From an uncultured Gammaproteobacteria bacterium (GTDB lineage: Bacteria; Patescibacteriota; Microgenomatia; UBA12405; JAHJSD01): 35,263 nt of DNA. A program made the translations under genes and the position numbers. The notes beneath the pieces are model-generated. The model was not told where the DNA came from and ran no database searches. It was given only the letters and a program-made list of their open reading frames with translations. The stretch lies in assembly GCA_964470705.1 (NCBI GenBank), contig CAYYDT010000001.1, forward strand, positions 28,058 through 63,320, read 5' to 3'. Shown in pieces: positions 1-8,202 of the stretch (position 1 is the first letter of the stretch; each line of letters starts with the position of its first letter).

Positions 1-555
1 GGCGGCAAAGGTACTCAAGCAAAATTGCTCGAAGAAAAGTACGGCTGGAAGCATATCTCGGTTGGCGAATTATTCAGGCGACATATTAAGAATAAAACCG
101 ATATCGGTCAAAAAGCAGAAAAGTTTGTTTTAAACGGCGAATGGGTTCCGGCAGAATTGACTTTTAAAATGATCAGGCCGGAACTAGAAAAATTAACTAA
201 CGTTGGTTTTATTCTTGACGGGTTTCCTCGTTTGCCAGAACAGATTGACGTCTTTGAGCGTTTTTTAGAAAAAAGCCAATATAACCTTGATCTGGCGATT
301 CATATTGATATCCGGCCGGAAGTAATTATGGAGCGCCGGCAGAAAGCATGGCAAAAAGGCAAAAGTTTTTATGACCAAAAAAGAAAAGATGAGACAAAAG
401 AGGCAATTGAGTCAAGAATTAATGAGTATTTAAGTACAATTGGCCCGATTTTAGATTTTTACCAGCAAAAAGGAATTCTTTACCGCGTTGACGGCGAGCG
501 GCCGATTGATGAAATTCATCGGGATATAGTTGACAAAATAGAAACAATCAGATGA
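1..555 (+). CDS. adk: adenylate kinase, 5' end cut by window edge
   Basis: Frame 1 is open from base 1 (GGKGTQAKLL... is the Adk P-loop). ILDGFPR motif present. Position before map-infA-rpmJ is typical of the spc/alpha cluster. Confidence 0.9.
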   Translation, partial: GGKGTQAKLLEEKYGWKHISVGELFRRHIKNKTDIGQKAEKFVLNGEWVPAELTFKMIRPELEKLTNVGFILDGFPRLPEQIDVFERFLEKSQYNLDLAIHIDIRPEVIMERRQKAWQKGKSFYDQKRKDETKEAIESRINEYLSTIGPILDFYQQKGILYRVDGERPIDEIHRDIVDKIETIR

Positions 556-1307
556 ATAATAACTTTTTTCAGGCGGGCGAAAAACTAAGCCGGGCGTTTG
601 CCAAAACTTTAAACGAAATTAAACCGGGAATTAGTTTGGCAGAAATTGAAAAAAAAGCGGTTCGGTTTATTGAAGCGGAAAACGGCCAGCCGGGTTTTAA
701 AACAGTAGATAATTATCATTGGGCCACTTGCATCAACGTTAATAATGGCGTTGTCCACGGTGTGCCAAATGACACTGAAATTAAAACCGGAGATTTGGTT
801 AGTTTAGATATGGGACTAATTTATAAAGGTTGGCATGGAGATATGGCATACACTAAGTTGGTTGATAGCCAAAAGTCGATAGTGAAAAGTGATAAAGAAG
901 AAATAATCGAGTTTTTGGAGGCAGGGGAGAGGGCGCTGGAGAAAGCGATAAAACAGGTAAAATCAGGGAACCGGATTGGTGATATTTCCCGAGTGATTGA
1001 AGAAGTGATTACTGGTGCTGGTTATCAGGTTGTTAAACGTTTAACCGGCCACGGAATTGGCCGTAAATTGCATCAACAGCCGCTAATTCCAGGCTTTTTG
1101 TCTGGCCCGGTTGAAAGTACGCCGTTAATTAAAAAAAACATGGGTTTAGCAATTGAAGTGATTTACACTAAGGGCAAAGGCAAAATAAAGACAGCTGATG
1201 ACGGCTGGACAATCACTACTCAGGATGGTAAAATATCAGCATTGTTTGAAAAGACTGTTTTAGCAAGTGAAAACGGAGTTAAAATAATAACCCCCTATTT
1301 GTTTTAA
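552..1307 (+). CDS. map: methionine aminopeptidase, type I
   Basis: 251-aa ORF with MetAP metal-ligand contexts ([33 protein letters not shown]). ATGA overlap with the adk stop. Confidence 0.9.
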   Translation: MNNNFFQAGEKLSRAFAKTLNEIKPGISLAEIEKKAVRFIEAENGQPGFKTVDNYHWATCINVNNGVVHGVPNDTEIKTGDLVSLDMGLIYKGWHGDMAYTKLVDSQKSIVKSDKEEIIEFLEAGERALEKAIKQVKSGNRIGDISRVIEEVITGAGYQVVKRLTGHGIGRKLHQQPLIPGFLSGPVESTPLIKKNMGLAIEVIYTKGKGKIKTADDGWTITTQDGKISALFEKTVLASENGVKIITPYLF

Positions 1308-1332
1308 GGGGGTCTTAATTGTAAGAATATTT

Positions 1333-1551
1333 ATGTCAAAAAAAGACATTCAAGAATTTGAAGGCATTGTTACTGAAGCACTGCCTGACACAAAGTTTCG
1401 AGTTAAATTAAAAGAAAGCGAAAAAGAAATTATTGCTTATTTATCTGGAAAAATGAGGATGAATTACATTCGCGTTGTTCCCGGGGATGAAGTGGTTGTC
1501 GCTATGACGCCGTATGACAAAGACAGGGGGAGAATAGTTTATCGATTGTAA
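1333..1551 (+). CDS. infA: translation initiation factor IF-1
   Basis: 72 aa. The S1-like sequence [16 protein letters not shown]...[16 protein letters not shown] is characteristic of IF-1. Confidence 0.95.
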   Translation: MSKKDIQEFEGIVTEALPDTKFRVKLKESEKEIIAYLSGKMRMNYIRVVPGDEVVVAMTPYDKDRGRIVYRL

Positions 1552-1555
1552 TTAT

Positions 1556-1591
1556 ACTCGACCCTTTCGAGTCTATCGAACGTTTCGAGGT
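1556..1591. repeat. four tandem 9-nt units with TCGA core (actcgaccc tttcgagtc tatcgaacg tttcgaggt)
   Basis: TCGA at 1558, 1567, 1576 and 1585, an exact 9-nt period. Same unit family as the arrays at 11038 and 21432. Confidence 0.8.
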
Positions 1592-1599
1592 TTAATAAA

Positions 1600-1713
1600 A
1601 TGAAAGTAACATCAAGTATTAAAAAACTGTGTCCGAAATGCAAAATAGTTTACCGGAGAGGTAAAAAGTTTGTTATTTGTGATAATCCCAAACACAAACA
1701 AAGGCAGAAATGA
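1600..1713 (+). CDS. rpmJ: 50S ribosomal protein L36 (absent from ORF track, 37 aa)
   Basis: Hand translation gives [37 protein letters not shown], the CxxC...CxxxxH zinc-ribbon pattern of L36. GAGG lies 9 nt upstream. The TGA stop overlaps the rpsM ATG (ATGA). Confidence 0.9.
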   Translation: MKVTSSIKKLCPKCKIVYRRGKKFVICDNPKHKQRQK

Positions 1714-2123
1714 AAATTATTGGAGTCAATATACCAGATGATCAGCGTGTTGCTTACGGTTTAACTGCTATTTATGGCATTGGCCGGAACAATGTTGGAG
1801 AGGTATTGGAAAGAGCTAATATTAAAGGTGATAAACGAGTTAATAAACTCTCCAAAGAAGAGGTAAGCCGGATAATTAAGGCTTTGGAGGACTTCAAGAT
1901 TGAAGGGGATTTGCGTAAAGAAGTTAAGGACAATATTGCCCGATTGCAAAAAATCAGGTCATACCGAGGAATAAGGCACTTGGTTGGATTGCCTGTCCAT
2001 GGCCAGAGAACAAAATCTAATGCCCGTACAGTTAAAGGGGCTCCGAAAACAGTTGGCGCCTTGAAAAAAGAAGATTGGGCAAAACTTGAAGACCAGCAAC
2101 GCAAAGCAGGAGGAGAAAAATAA
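1710..2123 (+). CDS. rpsM: 30S ribosomal protein S13
   Basis: 137 aa: [15 protein letters not shown] ... SYRGIRH ... [10 protein letters not shown]. Canonical order rpmJ-rpsM-rpsK-rpsD-rpoA-rplQ. Confidence 0.95.
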   Translation: MKIIGVNIPDDQRVAYGLTAIYGIGRNNVGEVLERANIKGDKRVNKLSKEEVSRIIKALEDFKIEGDLRKEVKDNIARLQKIRSYRGIRHLVGLPVHGQRTKSNARTVKGAPKTVGALKKEDWAKLEDQQRKAGGEK

Positions 2124-2483
2124 ATGCCAAAATCAACTAGTTTGGGCAGAATGCATGTCCATTCTACATTTAATAATACTGTTGTAACCTTAGCAAATCA
2201 TAAAGGGGAAGTTCTTGATTGGACTTCCTGCGGTCGGATGGGTTTTAAAGGGACGAGAAAGTCTACACCATTTGCCGCTACTTCAACCCTTCAGGATGCA
2301 ATTAGCCGGATAAATAATTTTGGTATCAAAAAACTTCAGGTTTACATCAAAGGTCCAGGTCCAGGTAGAGATGCGGCTCTAAGGGTTTTAAGAAGTGCTC
2401 CTCAGATACAAGTAACCATGTTATCAGATGTTACGCCTCTGCCTCATAACGGGCCGCGGCCGCCGAAGCAGAGGAGAGGATGA
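2124..2483 (+). CDS. rpsK: 30S ribosomal protein S11
   Basis: 119 aa: HVHSTFNNTVVTLAN, GFKGTRKSTPFAA, TPLPHNGPRPPKQRR. Confidence 0.95.
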   Translation: MPKSTSLGRMHVHSTFNNTVVTLANHKGEVLDWTSCGRMGFKGTRKSTPFAATSTLQDAISRINNFGIKKLQVYIKGPGPGRDAALRVLRSAPQIQVTMLSDVTPLPHNGPRPPKQRRG

Positions 2484-2487
2484 GAAA

Positions 2488-3102
2488 ATGATCCAAGATA
2501 AAAAGTGTCGGCTTTGTCGACGAGAAGGCGAGAAACTGTTTTTAAAAGGTGCTAGATGTCATTCTCCTAAGTGTCCGATTGATCAAAAGGGAGCGGTTGC
2601 TCCCGGTGATCACGGTTTATCTTCCGGCTACCGGTTGTCTGAATACGGTCACCAGTTAAGAGAAAAACAGAAGGCAAAAAGAATATTTGGCATTAATGAA
2701 AGGCAGTTTAAAAGATATTTCGAAAAAGCTGAAAAGGGAGGAAATATATCTGAAGAGCTGATCAGGTTGTTGGAAACCAGATTGGACAACGCCCTTTACC
2801 GGATGGGTTTAGTGCCTTCAAGGGCAACGGCAAAACAATTAATTAGTCATGGTCACGTCCTAGTTAATGGGAAAAAAACAACAATTCCTTCCTATCAAGT
2901 GAAGGTGGGAGATGAAATTGAATTAAGTGAAAAGGCAACTAAAATGACTAAAATTGAACAGTGGGTTAAAGATGGTCAAATAAAACCAGCTGAGTGGTTG
3001 CAAAGAAAGGGATTTATTGGTAAAGTCAAAAGGCAGCCAGAGAAAGAAGAAATGGTTTCGAATATTGACGAATCATTAATTATTGAGTTTTATTCAAGGT
3101 AA
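2488..3102 (+). CDS. rpsD: 30S ribosomal protein S4 (Cys4 zinc-ribbon form)
   Basis: CRLCRREGEKLFLKGARCHSPKCP N-terminus and an S4 RNA-binding domain (LDNALYRMGLVPSRATAKQLISHGHVLVNG). ATG at 2488 chosen because the 2428 ORF start lies inside rpsK. Confidence 0.9.
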   Translation: MIQDKKCRLCRREGEKLFLKGARCHSPKCPIDQKGAVAPGDHGLSSGYRLSEYGHQLREKQKAKRIFGINERQFKRYFEKAEKGGNISEELIRLLETRLDNALYRMGLVPSRATAKQLISHGHVLVNGKKTTIPSYQVKVGDEIELSEKATKMTKIEQWVKDGQIKPAEWLQRKGFIGKVKRQPEKEEMVSNIDESLIIEFYSR

Positions 3103-3118
3103 TCCCGCAGCTGCGGGA
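3103..3118 (+). promoter_or_regulatory. perfect 16-nt palindrome TCCCGCAGCTGCGGGA between rpsD and rpoA
   Basis: GC-rich hairpin directly after the rpsD stop and 18 nt before the rpoA start. No T-run follows, so it is more likely an intra-operon processing or attenuation hairpin than a full terminator. Confidence 0.4.
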
Positions 3119-3136
3119 CGATAAAAGGAGGAGAAA

Positions 3137-4057
3137 ATGTTAGATCAAATAGGATTTTCAGTTGAAGCAATAGAGGAGAAAGGAGCAAAAGGCAAGTATG
3201 TTATTTCGCCTTTACCGTCTGGTTTTGGTCATACTGTTGGCCATAGTTTGAGAAGGACATTATTAGGGGATTTTCCTGGAGCGGCGGCAACAACAATTAA
3301 GGTAAAAGGCGCCAGCCACCCTTTTTCAACTCTCGATGGGGTTAAGGAAGACCTGGTCGAGATTATTCTTAACATTAAGCAGATTAAATTTAAGTACGAC
3401 GGTGAAAAGCCGGTAAAACTGGAATTAACCAAAAAGGGTAAAGGAAAAGTAACTGCCGGCGATATTTCTCTTCAGCCCAAAGTTGAAATTGCTAATCCTG
3501 ATTTGGTTTTAGCAACTTTAACCAGAGATAAAGCCTCTCTTAAAATGGAATTAACTGTATCTTCTGGTATTGGATACCAATCGGCTGACAACCATGATCC
3601 GGATAAACACGGGGTGATTGCTGTTGATGCTATTTTTACTCCGGTTGAAAAAGTAAATTACCGGGTTGAACAGACCCGAAGAGGAAAAAAATCCGATTTG
3701 GATCAGTTGGAAATTGAGATTGAGACTGATGGGACAATTAAACCGGAAGAAGCGATGTTGACAGCGGCAGAAGCAATAGCTGAGGTCTTTAGTCAGATTG
3801 TTGACCCGAAAGGAGAAGCCGAAAAAGAGCCAAAGAAAAAGATTAAAACCAATAAAAACTATGACCTGACGATTGAGGAAATAGAAGAGGTTCCTCTAAG
3901 GCTTTCTAATGCCTTAAAAAAGGCCGGCTATAGAACGGTAAGCGATTTGGTTGATGCCTCACCTGATGAAATCAAGGAGGTAAAAAACGTCGGTAAGAAA
4001 TCGATTCAATTGCTTAAAGAGGTCCTGGATGAAATGGGAGTCAAATTTGAAGGTTAA
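3137..4057 (+). CDS. rpoA: DNA-directed RNA polymerase alpha subunit
   Basis: 306 aa. N-terminal assembly domain (GFGHTVGHSLRRTLL) and C-terminal helix-hairpin-helix domain (LRLSNALKKAGYRTVSDL). AAGGAGGAG SD upstream. Confidence 0.95.
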   Translation: MLDQIGFSVEAIEEKGAKGKYVISPLPSGFGHTVGHSLRRTLLGDFPGAAATTIKVKGASHPFSTLDGVKEDLVEIILNIKQIKFKYDGEKPVKLELTKKGKGKVTAGDISLQPKVEIANPDLVLATLTRDKASLKMELTVSSGIGYQSADNHDPDKHGVIAVDAIFTPVEKVNYRVEQTRRGKKSDLDQLEIEIETDGTIKPEEAMLTAAEAIAEVFSQIVDPKGEAEKEPKKKIKTNKNYDLTIEEIEEVPLRLSNALKKAGYRTVSDLVDASPDEIKEVKNVGKKSIQLLKEVLDEMGVKFEG

Positions 4058-4071
4058 CAAGGGGCAATTTG

Positions 4072-4458
4072 ATGAGACATAGAAAAAAAGGCAAAAAACT
4101 AAGTCGGGACACTGGGCAGAGGAAGGCTTTGTTTAAAAATTTGAGCCGGAGTTTTTTTCTTAATCAAGGTAAAATTGAAACTACCCTCGCCAAAGTAAAA
4201 GCAGTTCAGCCGAGAATTGAGAAAATGATTACCCGGGCTAAGAAGGGTGATTTATCTTCTCGAAGATGGCTTTACCGTTATTTCCAGGATCAGGACTTTG
4301 TTAATCAAATAGTAAAAGATTTTGGCAGTAAATTAAAAGAAAAACCAGGCGGTTATACGAAGATTATAAAATTAAAAAAGCGCCGGGGCGACAATGCAAC
4401 TATTGCCCGCCTTGAGTTGGTTGTTAATAAAGGTGAGGAAGCAGGGAGCGACTCCTGA
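4072..4458 (+). CDS. rplQ: 50S ribosomal protein L17
   Basis: MRHRKKGKKLSRDTGQRKAL start typical of L17. ATG at 4072, one codon inside the TTG ORF start. Confidence 0.9.
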   Translation: MRHRKKGKKLSRDTGQRKALFKNLSRSFFLNQGKIETTLAKVKAVQPRIEKMITRAKKGDLSSRRWLYRYFQDQDFVNQIVKDFGSKLKEKPGGYTKIIKLKKRRGDNATIARLELVVNKGEEAGSDS

Positions 4459-4485
4459 GAGGTGTCGCCAAGCTAAGGAGCAAAA

Positions 4486-4905
4486 ATGCAAAAAACAAAA
4501 CAATTAAAAAAAGAAGAAATTGAAAGAGAATGGCACCGTATAGATTTAGCCGGCCAAGTTCTTGGTCGGGTTGCCGTAAAGATAGCTGGTTTGTTAATCG
4601 GTAAGCATAAGCCTAATTATACGCCGCATTTAGATTGCGGCGATTATGTTGTTGCTGTAAATTCCAAGCAAATTGGTGTTACCGGAAAAAAACGACAGGA
4701 CAAAATTTACCACCACCACACTGGCTATATGGGGGGTTTAAAATCAATTAGTTTTCAGAAACTGATAGAGAAAGACCCAAACAAAATTATTCACCTAGCA
4801 GTTAAAAATATGCTGCCGAAAAATAAACTCCGAAAAAAAAGATTAGCACGTTTAAAAGTTTACCCGGACGCGGACCATCCATACGAAGATAAAATACATG
4901 GTTAA
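4486..4905 (+). CDS. rplM: 50S ribosomal protein L13
   Basis: 139 aa: REWHRIDLAGQVLGRVA, HKPNYTPHLDCGDYVV, GYMGGLK. AAGGAG SD upstream. Confidence 0.95.
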   Translation: MQKTKQLKKEEIEREWHRIDLAGQVLGRVAVKIAGLLIGKHKPNYTPHLDCGDYVVAVNSKQIGVTGKKRQDKIYHHHTGYMGGLKSISFQKLIEKDPNKIIHLAVKNMLPKNKLRKKRLARLKVYPDADHPYEDKIHG

Positions 4906-4951
4906 ATTGCTAGATTGTTAAATTGTTAATATTATAATTATATTGTTTTAG

Positions 4952-4983
4952 CCATCTAACCATTTAACCATTTAACCATTTGT
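4952..4983. repeat. four tandem 8-nt units (ccatctaa ccatttaa ccatttaa ccatttgt)
   Basis: CCAT at 4952, 4960, 4968 and 4976. Lies in an unusually long (117 nt) rplM-rpsI spacer that also holds GTTAAATTG twice (4901, 4917). Confidence 0.8.
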
Positions 4984-5022
4984 AAACAATAAAAATTAAT
5001 TTATAAAAAGCAAATCAATTCA

Positions 5023-5436
5023 ATGACATCTAAAAATTCAAAAAATAAGTACACTTATGCTCTTGGCAGACGAAAAGAAGCAACTGCTACCGTTAGGTTG
5101 TTTTCTGGCAAAGGTGATTTAAAAGTAAACGGATTGTCAATAGCTGATTATTTTCCGGGTAAAGTTAATAAATATTTTTACAACCAGCCGTTTGAAATTA
5201 CTGGTACTGAAACTAAATACCAGGGTACAGTTTTGGTTAGAGGCGGCGGTAAAAAAAGTCAACTTGAGGCAGTTGTCTTGGCCTTAAGCCGGGCTCTACA
5301 GAAAATTGACCGAGAAAAATACCGTCCCGGGCTTAAAGAAGCGGGATTACTGACTGTTGACGACCGGGTAAAAGAAAGAAGCAAACCGGGTCAGGCTGGC
5401 CGAGCCCGAGCCAAAAAACAATCCCCAAAACGCTAA
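5023..5436 (+). CDS. rpsI: 30S ribosomal protein S9
   Basis: 137 aa: GRRKEATATVRL, VRGGGKKSQLEAV, C-terminal ...KKQSPKR. Confidence 0.95.
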   Translation: MTSKNSKNKYTYALGRRKEATATVRLFSGKGDLKVNGLSIADYFPGKVNKYFYNQPFEITGTETKYQGTVLVRGGGKKSQLEAVVLALSRALQKIDREKYRPGLKEAGLLTVDDRVKERSKPGQAGRARAKKQSPKR

Positions 5437-5441
5437 CTACT

Positions 5442-5483
5442 ACCTGCACCTTAGAGGTGGGTTTATACCTGCACCTTAGGGTA
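5442..5483 (+). repeat. copy A of a conserved ~42-nt intergenic element (hairpin CACCT-TAG-AGGTG followed by TTTATACCTGCACCT)
   Basis: ACCTGCACCTTAGAGGTGGGTTTATACCTGCACCTTAGGGTA. Near-identical copy in the same orientation at 28155-28195. Confidence 0.75.
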
Positions 5484-5536
5484 TGTTTCTTTCTTCAGGA
5501 GGTTTCTTGTGATAGCACGCTACAGCGTGCGGTTAT

Positions 5537-5731
5537 TTACTTGTTCTCTTCAATAAATTTCGCAAATGACCGATCGTAGGTTGACTCTGTCTGGTTGGTA
5601 AAACAACATGCTGGCAGTTCTTGCCGGGACAAATGATATTGAAGACATTGACAACAGAGACCCTTCCGGGGGCAAGGTTCATAAGTACAGTTGCAATTGG
5701 TCTTATTTTGTTTTTGGTTTGGGCAATCCAT
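5537..5731 (-). CDS. small Cys-rich protein (resembles the DUF6485 family)
   Basis: 64 aa with 8 Cys in [22 protein letters not shown]...LPACCF. TAATG one-base overlap with the upstream half-ferritin gene. Confidence 0.6.
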   Translation of the reverse strand: MDCPNQKQNKTNCNCTYEPCPRKGLCCQCLQYHLSRQELPACCFTNQTESTYDRSFAKFIEENK

Positions 5732-5985
5732 TAACTGCTTATTTCTTCAACTTCTTTTTTTCCTTCTTCCATTTCCTCGAGCTGTTCAGGATCCCTTTCC
5801 AGTAACAAAGCTTGAAATTCACCGACATGCTCTTTTTCTTCTTTAGCAACATCCATTAGAACTTTCTTAACTTTCTCATCAGTGGCTATTTCAGCTAATT
5901 GTTCATAAAGACTAATTGCGTCTAATTCCGCCATTAATCCTAAACGTAAAACCTGTAGATCATTTTTGGGAAAATTTGCGAGCAT
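5731..5985 (-). CDS. two-helix half-ferritin / rubrerythrin-like protein (EncFtn-like E...EExxH pattern)
   Basis: 84 aa: [14 protein letters not shown] ... [17 protein letters not shown]. Strong GGAGGTGA SD upstream. Confidence 0.6.
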   Translation of the reverse strand: MLANFPKNDLQVLRLGLMAELDAISLYEQLAEIATDEKVKKVLMDVAKEEKEHVGEFQALLLERDPEQLEEMEEGKKEVEEISS

Positions 5986-6024
5986 AATTGGTCACCTCCT
6001 TCCTAATGTATAATAATACCAAAG

Positions 6025-7182
6025 ATGACTAAGAAAAAAAATATCTATTTTGACTATGCCTCAACAACACCGGTGGCTGAAGAAGTGGAATCGGCAATGG
6101 AGGTTTATCTGGACAGAAAATTTGGCAACAGCGCTTCTTTACACTCTTTTGGCCGTCAGGCAAAACAAGCGCTGGAAAAAAGCCGGCAACAAATTGCCGG
6201 TTACTTAAATAGTTCACCAGAAAATCTGATTTTTACTGCTTCTGCCAGTGAAAGCAACAATTTAGCCCTTAAAGGTCTTGCCTGGGCCAATAAACAAAAA
6301 AAGCATCTTCTTATCTCTGCGATTGAACATGATTGTTTAATGAATACCGGCCGGTGGTTGGAAGGCCAGGGTTATCAATTGCAATTGATACCGGTAGATG
6401 AACATGGTTTAGTTGACCTGAATCAAGTCAAAAAAATGATTAGACCGGATACGTTGGTTGTTTCAGTGATGCACGCTAACAATGAGGTCGGCACTATCCA
6501 GCCGATCGCAGAAATTGGTCGTCTTTGCCGTGAAAAAGGTGTTTTATTTCATACCGATGCCGCTCAGACATTTGGCAAACTGCCTGTTGATGTCGAAAAA
6601 ATGAATTTAGATATGGTTACTCTTTCTTCCCATAAGATGTACGGTCCCAAAGGCGCCGCTGCCCTTTATGTTAAAGACGGCATTAATTTAACACCTTTAA
6701 TTCATGGCGGAGGACATGAAAAAAATATCCGGTCTTCTACTGTTAATGTTGCTGCTATAGTTGGTTTTAGCCGGGCAGTGGAACTATTTTTCCAAGGTAG
6801 GGAAGATTTTCAACGAATTGAAGAGTTACGGGATAAGTTAATTAAGGGTGTTTTGGAAAAAATTCCTAATTCGCGGTTAAACGGCCATCCCAAACAGCGT
6901 TTATATAACAACGCTAATTTTAGTTTTGCTTATGTAGAAGGGGAATCAATTATTTTAAAACTAGACCAAAAAGGAATTGCCGCTTCGACGGGATCGGCCT
7001 GCTCAGCACCTGACTTAAAGCCAAGCCATGTTTTACTTGCCCTTGGTTTAGCCCCAGAATTAGCTCATGGGTCTTTACGTTTGACTTTAGGTCGTTATAA
7101 TAAAGAATCAGACGTCAATTATTTATTGTCAGTTTTACCGGAGATTATTAAAGACTTAAGAAAAATTTCACCTTTTAAATAA
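6025..7182 (+). CDS. iscS: cysteine desulfurase, NifS/IscS type
   Basis: 385 aa. PLP lysine context SSHKMYGPKG and active-site loop STGSACSA. Confidence 0.9.
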   Translation: MTKKKNIYFDYASTTPVAEEVESAMEVYLDRKFGNSASLHSFGRQAKQALEKSRQQIAGYLNSSPENLIFTASASESNNLALKGLAWANKQKKHLLISAIEHDCLMNTGRWLEGQGYQLQLIPVDEHGLVDLNQVKKMIRPDTLVVSVMHANNEVGTIQPIAEIGRLCREKGVLFHTDAAQTFGKLPVDVEKMNLDMVTLSSHKMYGPKGAAALYVKDGINLTPLIHGGGHEKNIRSSTVNVAAIVGFSRAVELFFQGREDFQRIEELRDKLIKGVLEKIPNSRLNGHPKQRLYNNANFSFAYVEGESIILKLDQKGIAASTGSACSAPDLKPSHVLLALGLAPELAHGSLRLTLGRYNKESDVNYLLSVLPEIIKDLRKISPFK

Positions 7183-7679
7183 TGTATACCGATAAAGTTT
7201 TAGACCATTTTCAGAATCCGAAAAATTACGGCGAGATTAAAAGCCCAGATGGTATTGGTAAAGTTGGTAATGTTATTTGTGGCGATGTAATGTGGCTTTA
7301 TATCAAGGTGGACAAAAATCAGTCTGGCGAAGAGATTATTGACGATATTAAATTTAAAACTTTTGGTTGTGCGGCGGCGATTGCTACCAGCAGTATGGTT
7401 ACTGAGTTAGCTAAAGGAATGACTCTGGATCAAGCAGTAAAAATCAATAACCAGGATATAGTATCTGGATTAGGTGATTTGCCGCCGGTAAAAGTTCACT
7501 GTTCTGTGTTGGCGGCTGATGCTTTGGTTGAGGCGGTTTATGATTATTTATCCCAAAATGGTAAAAAGATTGATCAAAATTTAAAAAAACGCCATCAACG
7601 GATAGTTCGTGAAAAAAATATTATTGAAGAAAAGTATGGTCAATGGCAGGAGGGAGGTGAATCTGATGACTCCACTTAA
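7182..7679 (+). CDS. iscU: Fe-S cluster scaffold, IscU / NifU N-terminal type
   Basis: Three ligand Cys contexts (VICGDVM, FGCAAAIATSS, HCSVLA). TAATG overlap with the desulfurase gene. Confidence 0.9.
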   Translation: MYTDKVLDHFQNPKNYGEIKSPDGIGKVGNVICGDVMWLYIKVDKNQSGEEIIDDIKFKTFGCAAAIATSSMVTELAKGMTLDQAVKINNQDIVSGLGDLPPVKVHCSVLAADALVEAVYDYLSQNGKKIDQNLKKRHQRIVREKNIIEEKYGQWQEGGESDDST

Positions 7680-7980
7680 ATTAACAAGCAACAATTTCCA
7701 AGAAGAGGTTTTAGATTCAGAAAAACCTGTTTTGGTTGATTTTTGGGCAATTTGGTGCGGACCCTGCCGGGTGATGGACCCGATAATTAAAGAAGTAGCA
7801 GAGGAGTTGGGGGAAAAAGTAAAAGTTGGCAAATTAAATGTCGATGAAAATCAACAACTAGCAAGTGAATACGAAGTGCAGGCTATTCCAACAGTAATAA
7901 TTTTTAAAGACGGCCAGCCGGTAGAACGGTTGATTGGTATCCAGCCGAAAGAAAAATATCTGCAATCCCTAGAGGGGTAA
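7666..7980 (+). CDS. trxA: thioredoxin
   Basis: VLVDFWAIWCGPC active site and cis-Pro context AIPTV. ATG at 7666 follows AGGGAGGTGA; the 7609 ORF start lies inside iscU. Confidence 0.9.
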   Translation: MTPLKLTSNNFQEEVLDSEKPVLVDFWAIWCGPCRVMDPIIKEVAEELGEKVKVGKLNVDENQQLASEYEVQAIPTVIIFKDGQPVERLIGIQPKEKYLQSLEG

Positions 7981-7981
7981 T

Positions 7982-8078
7982 TGGTTGGGGTGGTCTGCCT
8001 AGCCGTCAAGCCTGGCCGGACTTGCCGCGCCCGCCATCGCCTACGCTCAAGCGTTTTGGGCGGGAACCGGCGGCCTTT
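7982..8078 (-). other. tRNA-like 3' fragment (variable loop, T arm, acceptor 3' strand, ACCA) interrupted by GC-rich insertions
   Basis: Minus strand reads AAGGCCGCCGGTTC[41-nt GC hairpin]AAGTCCGGC[22 nt]CACCCCAACCA. It copies the T arm of the adjacent tRNA-Pro. Its 3' end is complementary to CGGGGTG at 8270-8264. Confidence 0.5.
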
Positions 8079-8082
8079 AACT

Positions 8083-8158
8083 TGGTCGGGGATGCCGGAC
8101 TTGAACCGGCGGCCTTTCGCACCCCATGCGAACGCGCTAGCCTCTGCGCCAATCCCCG
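8083..8158 (-). tRNA. tRNA-Pro (anticodon GGG), CCA encoded
   Basis: Hand-folded cloverleaf: CGGGGAT T G GCGC AGAGGCTA GCGC G TTCGC ATGGGGT GCGAA AGGCC GCCGG TTCAAGT CCGGC ATCCCCG A CCA (76 nt). Confidence 0.85.
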
Positions 8159-8202
8159 TATATTTAAATTTTACTTTTTAAAATGTATGTGTAAAACATT
8201 TT

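Noticed and set aside
1556-1591. CRISPR array as an explanation for the short tandem repeats (also 4952, 11038, 21432, 27955)
   Set aside because: Units are only 8-9 nt and directly abutting, with no spacers. No cas genes are in the window.
2428-2487. Longer N-terminal extensions offered by the ORF track for rpsD (2428), trxA (7609), rplQ (4069), hup (11080), ychF (14032), miaA (15205), the wHTH gene (19353), the anchored hypothetical (26534) and the Excalibur protein (29160)
   Set aside because: In each case an internal ATG preceded by an SD or a -10 box gives the canonical family N-terminus. The extension also overlaps the upstream gene or a promoter.
5515-5530. Hairpin GCACGC-TACA-GCGTGC as a bidirectional intrinsic terminator between rpsI and the convergent Cys-rich gene
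   Set aside because: The stem is good but no T-run follows on either strand. I did not list it as a feature, and it may still contribute to termination together with element A.
5608-5805. 65-aa + strand ORF across the half-ferritin / Cys-rich gene junction
   Set aside because: It is antisense to two coupled minus-strand genes that have recognisable motifs and a strong SD. It has no start context.
5731-5985. Encapsulin nanocompartment system
   Set aside because: The half-ferritin resembles encapsulated ferritins, but there is no shell (HK97-fold) gene on either side and no recognisable C-terminal targeting peptide.
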